Shown here piece by piece: positions 1 to 13,106 of a stretch of DNA of 64,000 nt. This DNA comes from Cycas panzhihuaensis (taxonomy: Eukaryota > Plantae > Cycadophyta). The first letter of the stretch is position 1. Each line of letters opens with the position of its first letter. The notes beneath the pieces were generated by a model. The model was not told the origin of the DNA. It did not search any database and worked only from the letters and a program-made list of their open reading frames with translations. The DNA lies in assembly GCA_023213395.1 (NCBI GenBank), contig CM041465.1:75895741-75959740 (forward strand). The letters run 5' to 3'. The position numbers and the translations under genes are program-made.

Positions 1-115
1 GGCCTTCTTCCAGACAAGGCAAATCAAAAATGTCGATAGAACAAGTTGAAGCATAGGCAGAAGGGCCTTTATTACCCTTTGCCTAGTTGCAAACTACCTG
101 ATGAAGTTGCCAGGA

Positions 116-734
116 TTATTTGGTGGGAGGAGACTCCTGAGGAACAACCTTCATTTGCCCCTTATGGATGAATTTAAGTTGCCCCCATCGGGATGAGTAC
201 ACAGCTCCCATTTGGTTGAGCCATGGGCATCCAATCAAGAGGTTGTAGTCCATGTCTACATCGAGGACTATGATGTTGGCAAGGATATTTTTATCCTTGA
301 GAGTGAGGGGAATAGAAATAGACCCCAAGGGTGTCTTTTTTGCTACCGTTGTAGCTTTGACAATGCCATGGGGCTGGTTCAAGGGCCAATATGCCAAGGT
401 CTTGCATGATGCGCAAGGGCATAGTATTAATGGAAGAACCATTATCTACAATGGTCCTTCAAAGGGTGAATTCAAGTGTATCTATGGTTATGGTAAAGGG
501 GTAGTGCCATTGGCATTCCCTTTCATTAGCTAGGGGGAGAACTTTAGGATCGAACAAGATGACGAGCTCATGACTTGGGGCAACACCCAAGGCGTGAATG
601 GACACGTCAACTAAACCCAAAGTTTCTAAGAGAAAATTACACTGCTCAGGATAACTTCTCAAGACATCCATCATGGACATCCCCGTGGCCATGGTGTGAA
701 GCTTGTCAACGATGGAGAAGGGCTTTCTCTTCAT
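116..734 (-). pseudogene. pol: Gag C-terminus and aspartic protease of element L (frameshifted)
   Basis: RTIVDNGSSIN catalytic motif at ~424-460, DYNLLIGCPWL motif; homologous to 60780-61400. Confidence 0.85.
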
Positions 735-1193
735 GGTAGGTTGGGAAAGTACCCTTCAGAAATCATAATGACTGGGGCACATGGAAATAGTCTTAAGAAG
801 CATGGGAATTTCAGGAGGTGGGATTTCTAGAGGAGGATAGAGATGAGGAGTAGAAGAAGAAGCATCAGTTTCTTTTTTGGTTGCTTGGGACTAAATCAAG
901 ATATATAAGGGTGCGGTCTTAAGCATTTGAATGATTCTCTTTCCCTCATTTTAGGATTGAGAGGTGGAAGGAGTTCAATGGTAATTAGGGGAACTGGAAG
1001 AAGAAGAGGAATTCCTTATACCCTTCCCTTTAGCTTGCACAGGGCAAGGGTTGGGAGATCTTCCTCTATTTCAATTTCCCTTTTGTTGAGTGTTGCGATT
1101 GTATTCCTCATGTTTGGGGAAAGAATCCTTGTGGATGGGTTAGTTTAGATTAGGTCTAGATGCCCGTTTAGGGGAGGAGTCTCATCTAATGAT

Positions 1194-1593
1194 TTGATGG
1201 TGAGGGATATTAACTCCTTACCTCTAGTACCCCTCATCTCATGAGGTTTAGGTCCATTCCCTCCAGTTTAAAGGATGGATCTTTCTCCTTGGCAGAAGAA
1301 TTAAAGACCATTCTAATAGGCATATTAGTTATCAATTTCCTAAAGTATTGCCCTAAGTAATACCATCTCTTGTTTGATGCATTGGGAGTTCTTGAAATAG
1401 TTTCTTCACCCACTTTTACACTCTCTTTTGATTTGGATACCATGGCTGGTTATTTTTCCCATGCACTGAGTGATATGACACTATTTTACATCAAGATTAT
1501 TAAGGATGGCATCAATATCAAACAAGTTCTTATTGATGAGGGATCATCTGTTAATGCAATCCCTCTTCGTCTTATTGAGGATTTAGACGTTAC
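1194..1593 (+). other. Inverted ~400-bp fragment of a related Tat gag-end/protease inserted into gag of element L
   Basis: Reads GSFSLAEELKT...KQVLIDEGSSVNAIPL on the + strand. The flanks rejoin to match element C at ~60335. Short direct repeats atgat/atggt at 1189-1193 and 1594-1598. Confidence 0.75.
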
Positions 1594-3716
1594 ATGGTGT
1601 CTTTGGGATGCTAGGCCCTACATTGTAAGTCCTCATAAAAGCATTTCCCATGAACAGAACATCACTTCCTCTTTAAGGAAGAATTTGTCTTCCTTGTTTG
1701 AAAAGGTTAGGCATTACCACCCTTAGGGGTGCAACTTGAGAATTTTGATGAACAAATTTGTGGGAAGTGGGCCATGAAGAGGCTTGGAGTTTAAGCTCCT
1801 TCATCATACATTCAAAAGAATGTATGGCAGAGGTTAAGGGGTGCAAGTTGTTTTCTATCGGATGAGATGAAGACCTAAGAGGTTGTTAGATTTTGGTTTT
1901 GCGAGGTGGAGGAGGTACCTCATGCCATTGTGAGGACCTAAGAGGCTACTTAAGATCCACTTAGATCTCAATGGCCTCAAGAGCTAAGTATTTGGCTATG
2001 GCAGAGTTGCATGTTGTCACCCCCATCTTGAGGACTTCAACATGGACTTCAGGGTGAAGGGCATTGATAAAGAGATTTCTCTTTAATTCCTCAGGCAAAG
2101 TTACCTTCGTGGAGTAGAGAAGATCATGGAAGCATCTCACAAAGTCATGATTCATTCATTGTGACCTTGTTTAAGAGATAGAAGAGCCTTTATTCTGCTC
2201 TCGAAGGGATGAGCTATATCAAAATAATTAACAAATTCGTCAACGAGTTTTTGGAATGAGTGGATAAAGCATGATGGAAGGTAATAAAACCATTTAAGGG
2301 CATTGCCTTGAAGAGAGCATGAAAAAAGTTTCATTAGGATACAGTTGTATGCCCAATAATTGATACACACCATGGAAGAACTTCTAACATGCTCTGTTGG
2401 GTCTTCCAAAGAGGTCCCGTCGAATTTGGGCACCTCGAGAGGGTGTGGCAGTAAGTTCATTCTTAGTGCCTCGATGGATAGAGGGGTTGATCTATAATCC
2501 ATGATGGGGTGTGCCCTTGATTGGACCATAGGATCAATGAAAGATAGAGGAGGAGGTGGACAAGTTTACCTAAATCCTCCTTGGGAGACTTAGTTCATAA
2601 TGAGATACACAACTTCTCCCATTTGATGGGAGGGAACAAATCTCACATTTGAAGGGATAGGAAGAGGAGTGAATGGATATGAGGGACCCATCTCTCCTTG
2701 AGGACATATCCCTTGTTGAAAGGGGACTTGAGCAGGGGTGCCAAGGGAGGGGGCTTGCCCTCCTTGTGAAGGTTCTATATAAGAAGGAGAGTAAGATGAT
2801 GGAATAAAAGGGTGCAAAACTAGATTTTGCCCATATGGGCTACCTGTAGGTGGTGCGACACCATACGAATGCAAAGGATCCACTCCATAAATAGGAAGGG
2901 GATTCCCTTTATTGTGCCTCCATGGTTGGGAAGTGTACCCTAGGGGCACATAAAGGGAAGGATCCCTAGGTTGAGCTTGGGTATGTGTAGGGATTGGTCC
3001 TACGTGGCTAGAAGGAGGGGCATACATGGGTCCCCTAGATCTAACAAGAGGTGGATAGACTACGGTCGATTGGGACGTAGTCGTTTGGCTATGGGGAGGT
3101 ATGCTCAACCCAAGTTAGGAAGAGGGTATGGCTTGGGTGGTCCCCAAGGAACAAGGACCACAAGGAGAAGAAGATTCAATGGGAGATGCCCTTGTTATGG
3201 GTAAGGGAGTCGAACGAGATGGATGAGATGGTGTAGACGTGGAGGAAAGAAGCACTATGTATTGCAAGATGTTATCCAACCACTTAGGATGTGATTAGAG
3301 GCTAGCAGCTTGGAAGCACTAATTAAGCACTTCCACCACATCTACGAGAGGGGTATCCACCTGATCATACAAGGTTAAAGGTCCCTCATGTGAGGCAAAC
3401 CCCACAGGGTAGTCTTCATGAGGATCACCACAAGGATGATGATACTCCAAGGGAGAAGATGCTTCCACCTCATGAGTGGAGAGGTAGTGGACTTTGCGGG
3501 TGTTCATGGTCACTCGGGTAAAATATAGGATCATCACCCTCTTGGGTGGGCCCTTGGAAAGAAGTAGATGGTTGCTAGGATTCAAAGATGTAGTCATGAT
3601 ATACCTAATCTAAAGGAAATCCTTCCATGGTCGAATTAAAATCTGATGATGGAAGAGGATAGTAAGGATAGTCTTCCAATGAAGGAGGGAGGCCTCATAA
3701 ATGATGAGAACATCAT
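1594..3716 (-). pseudogene. gag: gag of element L (Pro/Ser-rich N-terminal extension plus retrotransposon capsid domain), degraded
   Basis: ORFs 1961-2155, 2152-2529 (VPKFDGTSLEDPTEHV...LQGNALKWFY), 2590-3108 and 3319-3597 match C ORFs at 58282-60262. Confidence 0.85.
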
Positions 3717-3870
3717 AACATACAAGTTTCTCCTAAAAATTGGAAGAAGGAAAAAAGAGATGATAAGATGCAAGCATTGAGGGTTGCCCAACGAATCGAG
3801 GAGAGCTACCAAAAGGTAGGTAGCACCAATAGATCAGGGAGAGGATGGATCCCCTTATTGGTGGGTCCTT

Positions 3871-3883
3871 AATATGGTCACCA
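3871..3883 (-). promoter_or_regulatory. Primer-binding site of element L (tRNA-Arg-like)
   Basis: Minus strand TGGTGACCATATT just after the LTR end; same motif at 55181-55193 (-) and ~58113 (+). Resembles the complement of the plant tRNA-Arg(UCG) 3' end as I recall it (TGGCGACCA). Confidence 0.65.
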
Positions 3884-3884
3884 A

Positions 3885-4987
3885 TAGAATCACACCTCTG
3901 GGGGGTCACTAGAATTATATGAGATCAAGCCAACATGAATAATAGATTTGTGGCTATGGACCTACAAGAGAAAGGGGTAGAGATCACCCACAAAAGACGT
4001 CTGTGCATCAAAACATAGGTTCGAGGACCCGCGACTGATGTACAAACTCTCTTTCAGGTAACACCTCCTCGATTCAAAGTTGGGAGTGAGAGAGGGTCTC
4101 CTTGGTTTCCTGAGTAACCTCAAAAAGGTCCCTCCCATCCCAGATGGCCGAAGGAGGGAGGAGAAAGTAAAGGTACACCTCTTCTTATGAAGAGGTGATG
4201 GGTGAAGTAGACCCTAACAGAAAGGTAACAAGCCTCACGTGTAGGCCTAAGACAATTGGCAGTGTCAGCAAGCAAAAGGGGAGTTGGAGCAATAGACTAA
4301 GTATAGGCTAAAGAGTATAACCAAGGAAAGTCTTGCTGGTAGGAAGGAAAGGTGATCTTGAGAGGAGGGACTTACAAGGCACCACACTTAAGAAGGTTCT
4401 AAGAGTGGGAGGTAGGCAAAGTGAGTTACCCGTATGTTTGTTTATGTTATGTGATAAGGAGATGTGGAGTGCAAGGTATCACATTTATGTTTGTTCCTTT
4501 TTAATGCAAGAAATGAACCTTGAAGGAAACAATATACTCTCTCTCTCTTTTTCCTAAGTGTGGCCTTACTCTCTTTATCTTTTACATGCAAAGAAAGAAA
4601 AGAGGACAAGTAAGTTACTGAGGAAATAAAGAGCGCAAATGAGAGATGTGAATCTACCCAATAATATGCAAGGAGGAGACAAAGATATACATGGATAAAT
4701 GCACAACCCACCTTGCCTAAACCCTGGTGGAAGTGAAGGTTTAGATAAGAGGAGGAACAAGTGTGTGTATGGTAGAAAGAAGAAACATTTATCGGTGTGG
4801 GTTGGCTAAATCACCACTATGCAACCCAAATGAGCAGGCAAGAGTAACTAATAGAATGCAAAGCAATACAATCTTTTCATCTTTCCTTTCGTTTAGGAGC
4901 ATATAAGAAGTAGGGAGAGTAAAGGGGAACAGTAAGAAAGATGAGGTAGGGAAATATACCCGATAACTTGGCATTTGGAGTAGCATC
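3885..4987 (-). repeat. 5' LTR of element L, 3' portion
   Basis: Lies between the PBS and the G insertion site; non-coding. Confidence 0.7.
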
Positions 4988-5823
4988 TGTTGGGGCATAA
5001 AGTGATCCTATGGCTGTTGGAAGACTAGAGGTAGGTCAGGTAATCTAAGATGTGCAGGTATAGACTGTACAGAGGTATGCACGAGGCAAAACAGTAAAGA
5101 AATCAGCATTCTAGGTATGTATGACAGGTGCATACTTAGAACAGGTATATACCATAGACACATACTAAGCGATTGGAATGGGCCCGACGTGGCGATACAC
5201 ATGACCCAAAGGGACTAGTGAAGGCCTGCAAAGTTGCCAGACATACGTACGAATGTACGAACCTAAAGAGATTAGTTAAAGTGCCTAACTAAGTGATTAA
5301 TGAAAGGGTACGTATGACTGAAGGGGTATGGTTATGACAGGCAGTCATAACCCTTCAGCCAAAAGGTACCAAGAAGAGTACTTAAGGAGGTACGCATGAA
5401 CCATCAGGTGAGGGTGAGAGCTGATTATCACGGGTACGCAAAGGTGCAGAAACCATCACATATGACAGCGAGTTGGAGCAGCGTTAAATGATAAGTACCA
5501 TCTGGGTATGCATATAATAGAAAGGAATGTATGCTGATGAAATGATGAGTATGCATTCCAACCTCTATGTAATTAAACTGATTACTTAATAAAAGGAAGA
5601 GTTACATAGAAAGATATGTGTTCTTTGTGTTATGATGATGAAATGTTGAGTATGCATTGAATTCTATGCTGATGTGTACCATTGTGGTATAATTCTGTGA
5701 AATATCTGTGGAACGTATGTGAATAACCATGTTGACAATATCCTGACTAGACTATAGCATTATGTAACCTTGACAAGTGTGGTTATCTCATAAGTGTACT
5801 AAGATACCCCTCAAGAGTCAACA
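4988..5823 (+). repeat. 5' LTR of G (836 bp)
   Basis: TGTTGGGGCATAAAGTG...CAAGAGTCAACA, repeated at 21069-21902. Confidence 0.96.
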
Positions 5824-5824
5824 T

Positions 5825-5836
5825 TGGTTCCATTGC
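5825..5836 (+). promoter_or_regulatory. PBS of G, tRNA-Glu-like
   Basis: TGGTTCCATTGC starts 1 nt after the LTR. It is complementary to ...GCAATGGAACCA, the 3' end of plant tRNA-Glu as I recall it. Confidence 0.65.
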
Positions 5837-6194
5837 TTACGTCCGTTGAGGAGGGACAGGGCCTAGGAGTTTCAAGGAGAGGAATGTGTAAAGGGCAGAG
5901 GACCCTGGCTGCTATCATGATAGCAAGCTGTAACTAAGCCACCGATAGCCAGGGGACCTTCCAATACCACCTAAGAGGCCTTCAAGGTCGGAAGAGCCCC
6001 AAAAGGATACTTCACATAAGGAGAAGGAAACTAGCAGACAAAGAGCATTAAGATGGTTAAAGGAATCAAAACTCAGAAGGGTGAGGAGATTAAGTTCACA
6101 GAACAATGAGACTAAGGGACAGTCTGTTGAAGGATCTGAGGCAAGTAGAGCCTAGACACCTCAAGAACAGGAAGAGGGAACTAATGGCAAATGT

Positions 6195-6974
6195 ATGGTA
6201 TTAACACCAGCCCCAATCAGAGATGATTTATTTAGCGCAAAAATTGAAGGGAAACCAAAAGTGGATGAAAAGCATCAAGAAACCTTAAAAGAGGGAAGTA
6301 TACATGGAGGACGATCAAGGACCCAAGTGACAGCGAAAAGAAGGCGGAGGAAGGTCCCTCGACATATTGGGAGAATAATCTCACAAGACAGCTTTTTAAA
6401 GATTCATCAAAAAAGGGATATGATCAATCATATATTAAAGTAACACCATTAACTATACAAGTGACAGGTGTAGTGGAACCTATACACATCAAAACTCCAT
6501 TTAAGAATCCATTGTTTGGAAAGGATAATACAATAGTAGGCACTCCAAGTGCATCCCCAAAGGAGGGGAGAAAGGAAAAATCACCACCAAGTAGGACACC
6601 ATTGCAATCCCTCAAAATGGATGATTATAGAGACTTTGGAAAATTGATTTTTAATGACACTTTAGAGGTAGCAGAATATGTATATCTCTTTTAGAATCTC
6701 ATTGATGTGGAAAAGATTTCAGATGAGGATGAAATCAAAGAAAATTCACCTGTATGTTGAGAGGAGTACCCTTGGCATGGTACAAAGAAAAGAACAAGAA
6801 TGAGCCATGGGAAAAGATTAAGAAAGCATTCGAGGAAAGATTTCAAAAGTTTTGTAGTAATGAAGCAGTGGAAATCGAATTGAGAGAAATCAAATAAAGG
6901 CTGGGAGAATTAGTACTAACCTACATTAGCATAATGAAAATCATTGCAGCCAACATGATTAACAAGATAATAAC
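6195..6974 (+). pseudogene. gag: gag of G, N-terminal and capsid part (split by the LINE)
   Basis: MLRGVPLAWYKE...WEKIKKAFEERF capsid motif at ~6750-6845. Removing the LINE restores IINKII-T-DHNIKNYFVRGLNE-type continuity (NMINKIITDHNIKNYFVRGL). Confidence 0.85.
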
Positions 6975-7486
6975 ACGATGAAGGCGACGAACCTGTGATC
7001 AAACGGACCTGCAAGTAAGCATTAGGGTTTCAAAGTGGCGGCAGTGGGTGAACTTGCATCGACCTGGGTGCGATGGCGTCCACTGTACAGACTTGGCCGA
7101 GGAGATAGGACCCTGCACAAGACTCATATCGTCTCCATAGAGGTAGCTGAGAAGGTATCTATACCATTAACAGAAGATTGGAGAGGCAGCCATTAGCGTA
7201 ACAGCTTGAGCACGCAGAGCCATCTTTTCTGGCTCTCTCAAGGTTGATTATTTTTGTGCAGCTCAGAGTTGAATGGGAGCCGTGAAGCAGATGCTGACTA
7301 CTTCTTGAAGTTAGACAGAACATTGGAGAAGACCGATTGGAAAGGGAGCCATTGGGAAGGTGTTTCTCTAGTGGAGCTTCTTGGCATCAAGAAATTGAAT
7401 ACAAAGTTAGCAGTCGAGCAGGCTTTTACCATGGTATGCATATACACTTTTGGCTGGATTTTCCTTGCTAGTTTTGATATTTAATC

Positions 7487-8899
7487 ATGATAATGGATCA
7501 TATCCTTCAAAACCTGACTCAGATCCCCAACCCGTCTTTGGGGAAATCTTACCGAGATGCTCTGAAACCAAACGAAGAGGAATCCTTTGACATAACGCCA
7601 GTAATTATTGACAATAAAGTTAGATTGAAAATACTTATAGCCCTTGTGGAAAGAACTGAGAAACTCTAGGAGAATTGCTTAGTTGGCAGGTTCTCAGGAC
7701 CGAGACCAGGTCTAGAGATAATCAGAAGCTAGACGAGAGCCAAATGGAAAACGACGGGAAGTGTGGAAGTAATAGCCATGCCCAAGGGTTGTGTGTTGTT
7801 CAAATTTTCCTCTTACGAGGATATGTCCAGTATCTTACTTAGGACGCCATGGATGTTTGGCCGGAAAGCCCTATCACTTGAGAAATGGCACATGGACTTT
7901 GATCCCTCTACTCCCAAAATTAAACAAGCCCCCTTATGGATCCAACTCCCAGGTCTCCCATTGCATCATTAGAACCCAGAAGTTTTTAGGGGTATAGTAA
8001 AGGCGGTGGGTCCTCTTTTAGCTGTTGATTCTGTGATGAAGAATAGGAGTAGGCTTATCAATGCTAGGATCTATGTTCTAACATGGCTCGATAAACCCCT
8101 CCTGGACAATATCTGGATGGATTTGCCAGATGAGAGTTGGGTGAAACCATTGATTTATGAAATGGACCACATAGGATGCTCCACATGCAAAATATTGGGG
8201 CACTTGCCCCAAACATGTCCAGGAATTAAGCCTTAATCAGAAGAGATTAACATGGGACCCCCTAAACCAAATGCTCGGGAAAAAAAGGAAAAGGGCTAGG
8301 AGTCAGTCCCAGAACTTGAAGGGCACATGGTGGAAGCTGAGATCCCTATTGGGAATTTGGATTTCGACCCCAATGAAGAGGATACGCTCTTATAGGAAGG
8401 AGAGCAAATTGCACATATTCCTATGGCTCTGGGTAGCCAGGCTGGCAAGGCGTGTATAGGGGTCTCTTCCCCTACTAGGATTATTGCCAAGACACAAACT
8501 ATTCACCCTGAATCACTACGGGGGAGGGATAAACAAGTTGCGAAAAGGTTAAGTCTATCCCCTACCAAAGAGGCTGATGTTATTCTTAGTGATTTGGAGG
8601 CCCAAAGGCAAAAGGTTGGGGTCGTGGAGTCAACGCCCATAGTGGAGGACCTAGGGGAGCCAGTCCCAGACCCAACACCACAACCGACAATGAATTTGAA
8701 AACGCAGCTGGAAATGGGAGCTGAGAAGAAGGTAGGGAGGCCACCTCTAAAGCTCCTAAGAGAGAAAGAAATGGCTACACAGGTGGACCAAGGTAGCCAG
8801 AAAACTCTAAAGGAAGTGTTCCTTAAAGGGCCTACCCTTAGATCCATCACTATAGTTAAAGAGCCTCCAAAAGGAGAGCCTGTTGAAGTTTGGAAGTAA
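7487..8899 (+). pseudogene. ORF1: LINE ORF1 (DUF4283/RRM-like region plus CX2CX4HX4C knuckle), in-frame stops
   Basis: One frame across ORFs 7487, 7763, 8006 and 8423; motifs PWMFGRKALSLEKW, PLWIQLPGLPLH, CSTCKILGHLPQTC. Confidence 0.92.
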
Positions 8900-8910
8900 A
8901 GGAAAAAGAG

Positions 8911-11900
8911 ATGAAACTATTATCCTAGAATATCAGGGGTCTCAATGCCCCTTCGAAGCAGAGGATTATGAAGGATATGCGAAATAAATACCTTCTAGAC
9001 CTAATTCTCCTACAGGAAACTAAAATAAATAAGGAGAATGGCCAAAGGGTCAAAAACAAAATTTGGAAGATAGCTGATAGTATTGAGGTCGCCTATGCCC
9101 AAGGAGCTGGGGGATTAATGATCCTATGGGACCCGTTGACATGGTTAGGAGATCTTTTCCTGGCAGAGGGATCTTTTATATCGATTCAGCTTACCAATAA
9201 AAGCAACAACCTATCATGGATAGCCACAAATGTTTATGCTCCAAACAATCAAGAGGCCAGGAAGAATCTTTGGGGCAGGCTTTTGGAGGCACACATGGAT
9301 TGCCAACATCCATGGCTGTTGGCGGGAAACTTTAACTCAACACTGTCCCTGGGTGGCAAGAGAGGAGGTATTAGTGGATGGACAACCAGTATGGGAGAAT
9401 TTAGTGAATTCCTTCAGCAGGGGGGTTTGGAGGATGTTAAGCTCAGAGGGGCCTCTTTTACCTGGTCTAACAAGAGATTAGGGAATGATTTAATCCAAAT
9501 TAAATTGGACAGGGCGCTGGTTAATTATGACTGACTGAGGAACTATAGTGACTTCTCCCTTGAGGCGCTACCGAGGATTAGTTCTGACCATTGTCCTCTC
9601 CTATTCCAATTTTCGGCTCCAGGCAAATACATTGGATCCCCCTTTAGGTTTGAGCTAATGTGGCTTCGACATCCCAATATTAGGAATAGGATCAAGGAAT
9701 GGTGGCAAACTCAAATTAAAGGTCACGCAATGTACAGATTTTCGAAGAAGCTTGATTGGATTCAAAGACAAATCAAGGCTTGGAATAAGGAGGTCTTCCA
9801 AAATATTCATGAGCAGAAGGATAAAACCATTAGTGATCCGAAGGCTATAGAGGATAGGATTGAACGTTCCAGCAAACACCCAAAGATAGACAAGATAGAA
9901 AAGGAGCTGGTTGAGAAGCTGGACGAGATTCTTATTAGAGAAGAAATTCTCTGAAGGTAGAAATCCAGGACTCTTTGGTTGGCGGAGGGGGACAGGAACA
10001 CAAAATTCTTCCATATGACTACAGTTAGGCATAGAGCTAGTAATAGAATTTCTAGCCTTCAAACGGAAGATGGTTCAATTGTTAGTTCTTTAGAGGGCAT
10101 GAAGGAGTTGGCTAGCGATTACTTTAAGGATCTATTCACTGAACCCTAGGTCAAGGATATGGATAGTAGAAAAAACTTTTTAAACAATATCCCCAGGCTG
10201 GTGAATAAAACTCTAAATGCCCAGTTGACTACCCCGTTTACTCTTGAGGAAGCCAGGGCGGCCCTCTTTAGCATGAAGAAAGCCAAAGCTCTTGGCCCTG
10301 ACAGATTCCCTCTGGGCTTTTTCCAAGAATATTGGGATATTATTAAAGAGGATCTAATGGAAGCTTTGCAGGAATTCTACACTAATAAAAATATGTTGCA
10401 GGAATGGCAATCTACATTCCTTGTCCTTATCCCCAAAAAGAGGGGCGAAAAGGATGGATGAGTTCCGTCCTATCAGTCTCTACAATGTCAAATATAAGAT
10501 TTTAACCAAGGTCCTTGTCAACAGGCTGAAGAGTATCATGCCAAATATTATCTCTCACAACCAGGATGGGTTCCTTCGTGGCAGGCAGATATATGATGGT
10601 TATATTATCATCCATGAAACAATCCACTCAGCTGTCGAAAGGAAGGAGCTAGCTATGCTTATCAAGATCAATCTCACGAAAGCCTTTGATAGAGTTTCCT
10701 GGGAATGCTTGCTAGATTACATGGAGGCTTTTGGCTTTGGGGAACATTGGCGAACCTGAATCAGACTGTGCATTGGGAACCCATAATTCTCTGTTATTAT
10801 TAATGGTTCATCTTCTAAGTTCTTCCCCGATTTTAGAGGATTAAGGCAAGGAGATCCCCTCTCTCCCTTCCTATTTATTACGATGGCTGAGCTACTGGGC
10901 AGAACCCTGGAGTCCGCTAGGAGGCCGGGGTCCTTAATCAGAATTAAATCAACGTCGGGGGTGGGCAATATGGTTCACCATCAATTTGTTGATGACAATA
11001 TCTTCCTTGGTAAGGCGATAGTTAGAGAAGCTTCCATATTCAAAGATATCCTGGGCCATTTTGAGAAGGCCACGAACCAGATGATTAGTCTTAAGAAGAG
11101 TAACATCTTCTTCATAAACACCTTGGGCTATATCCAAGGCAGGATCAGCAGAATCCTAGGTATGGATATAAAAAAGCTTCCCACAATTTACTTGAGTCTG
11201 CCCCTATTTGTTGGCAAGATATCCAAAGAAATGTGGAACCCTTTATTAGACAGAATGCAAAGGAAACTAGCAGGCTGGAAAGGAGCCCTTTTGAGCTTAG
11301 CTGGAAAACTCTAGCTAATTGCCTCTACTCTCCAAAGTATTCCAGTGTTTTGGATGTCCATTTTTAGGGTCCCGCAGGCCATCTTAGACATTATAGAATC
11401 AATTCAGAAAAGATTCCTCTAGTATGGCTTAGAAAGCAAAGATAGGATTCATTTGGTGAGTTGGAGCAAAGTTTGCACCCTAAAATGGGCTGGCGGCCTC
11501 AATCTACGGAGGCTCTCACCTTTCAATATCACCCTTGGGGCAAAGCTCAGGCAGAGATTGTTCAAAGGTGGAGAGAGACTTTGGGAGAGGATCCTCTCTA
11601 GAAAATATATTTAGGGGGGCTCGCTTTTGGAAAGTAGTGTATCGTTGGCTGGCTCCATTGTCTGGAGGAGCATCCTCAAACCATGGGCTACTATAAGGGA
11701 TGGACTAAAATGGAGACTAGGCGATGGCAATTCCATAAGATTCTGGGATGACGTGTGGTGTTGTGATAAGGCCCTGAAGGAGTTCCCAGACCTGGTGCCT
11801 CTGATGGGTCCTTGTGTTAGGTAATACTGTAATCTGATCAAAGATTACTGGACTGGGAGAGGAGGAAGCAGGATCTGGAGGAATTTTGAGGATATCCAAG

Positions 11901-13106
11901 GGATAGGCAGTCTGCAGGGGGGTCTCAATAAGATCAAAAGGATCTTAAGTAAGAGTTATATCCCTAGAACTCTGATGCAAGATTCAATGGTGTGGCCCTC
12001 TAGCTCGTCAGGGGAATATACAGTGAAACAGGGCTATCAATACTTATGCCTAAAAAGAGGGGACATAAAAAACCCAATGCTGGAAGGCGTTTGGAGGCTC
12101 CCCCTCATTTCAAAAATAACTCTTTTCTGGTGGACCTGCCTTAGGAACAAAATCCTCACTGTGGACAACCTTCAAAGGTGTGGGTTTATGTTGGCTAACA
12201 GATGTGTCATATGTTGCAAGGGGGAGGAATCCATTAATCACATCATCTTAGAGTGCCCTTTCATAAGGGAGATTTGGAGGATGCTGCTTGGAAAACTTGA
12301 AGTGTGTTGGACCTCATCCTGAAAGACTGCTGACCTATGGCTAGTATGGCAAAGCTCATTCAAAAGTAATACCTTCAGCTGCATCTAGAAGAACATGCTC
12401 CCGATTTTGGCATGGAATATCTGGAAAGAAAGAAATAGTAGGATTTTTCAAGGAAAAGAAAAGGATCAGATGGGTGTTTACAACAAAATCTGTTTAGACA
12501 CTAGAGAAAACATTGGCAACACTAAAGAAAAATGCTTAACCCTGCCAAAAAATAGGATTTTGCTCAAATGGGGAATAGAACCTGAATTAGTAGCATCCAA
12601 ATCTAGAAGCACCAGATGGATTCCCCCCAGTGGAGCCATGGATTAAAATCAATTTTGATGGGGCTGCGAAAGGGAACCCTAAGGAAGCTGGGGGTGGAGG
12701 AATCTGTAGGGACTATAAAGGTTCCCTCATCTGGGCCTTTGCGGACTACTATGAAATCCAAACAAATAACTACACGGAGATGCATGCTATGTTTAAAGCC
12801 CTTGATATTGCCCGTGAAGGGGGCATCTGGAGATTGGTGATAGAGGGGGACTCTGGGGTTGTTTTAAATTCGCTAAAAGGAGTGGCCCTCACGGATTGGA
12901 AATTTCAGGCTATAATCATTGATGCCAAAGAAATCATTAAGGGTCTGTCGGATGTCTGTATAAGATACACTCTGAGAGATGGCAATAAAGCAGCAGATTT
13001 TTTGGCAAACTGGGGGGTGAGGAATAAGAGAGGGCAAGTATGGAGATGTGATTTCCCTAGGGACCTTCTGGCTCTGGTTGAGAAGGATATGACTTGCAAT
13101 AGCTAG
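8911..13106 (+). pseudogene. ORF2: LINE ORF2: APE endonuclease - RT - zf-RVT - RNase H; stops and two frameshifts (~10440, ~12625)
   Basis: MKLLS*NIRGLN, LQETK, SDH (endonuclease); FRPISLYN, GLRQGDPLSPFLF, HQFVDD (RT); CVICCKGEESINHIILEC; KINFDGAAKGNP...GNKAADFLA (RNase H). Confidence 0.95.

Noticed and set aside
12630-13106. Stand-alone host RNase H gene
   Set aside because: It is the frameshifted C-terminus of LINE ORF2, just upstream of the poly(A) and TSD
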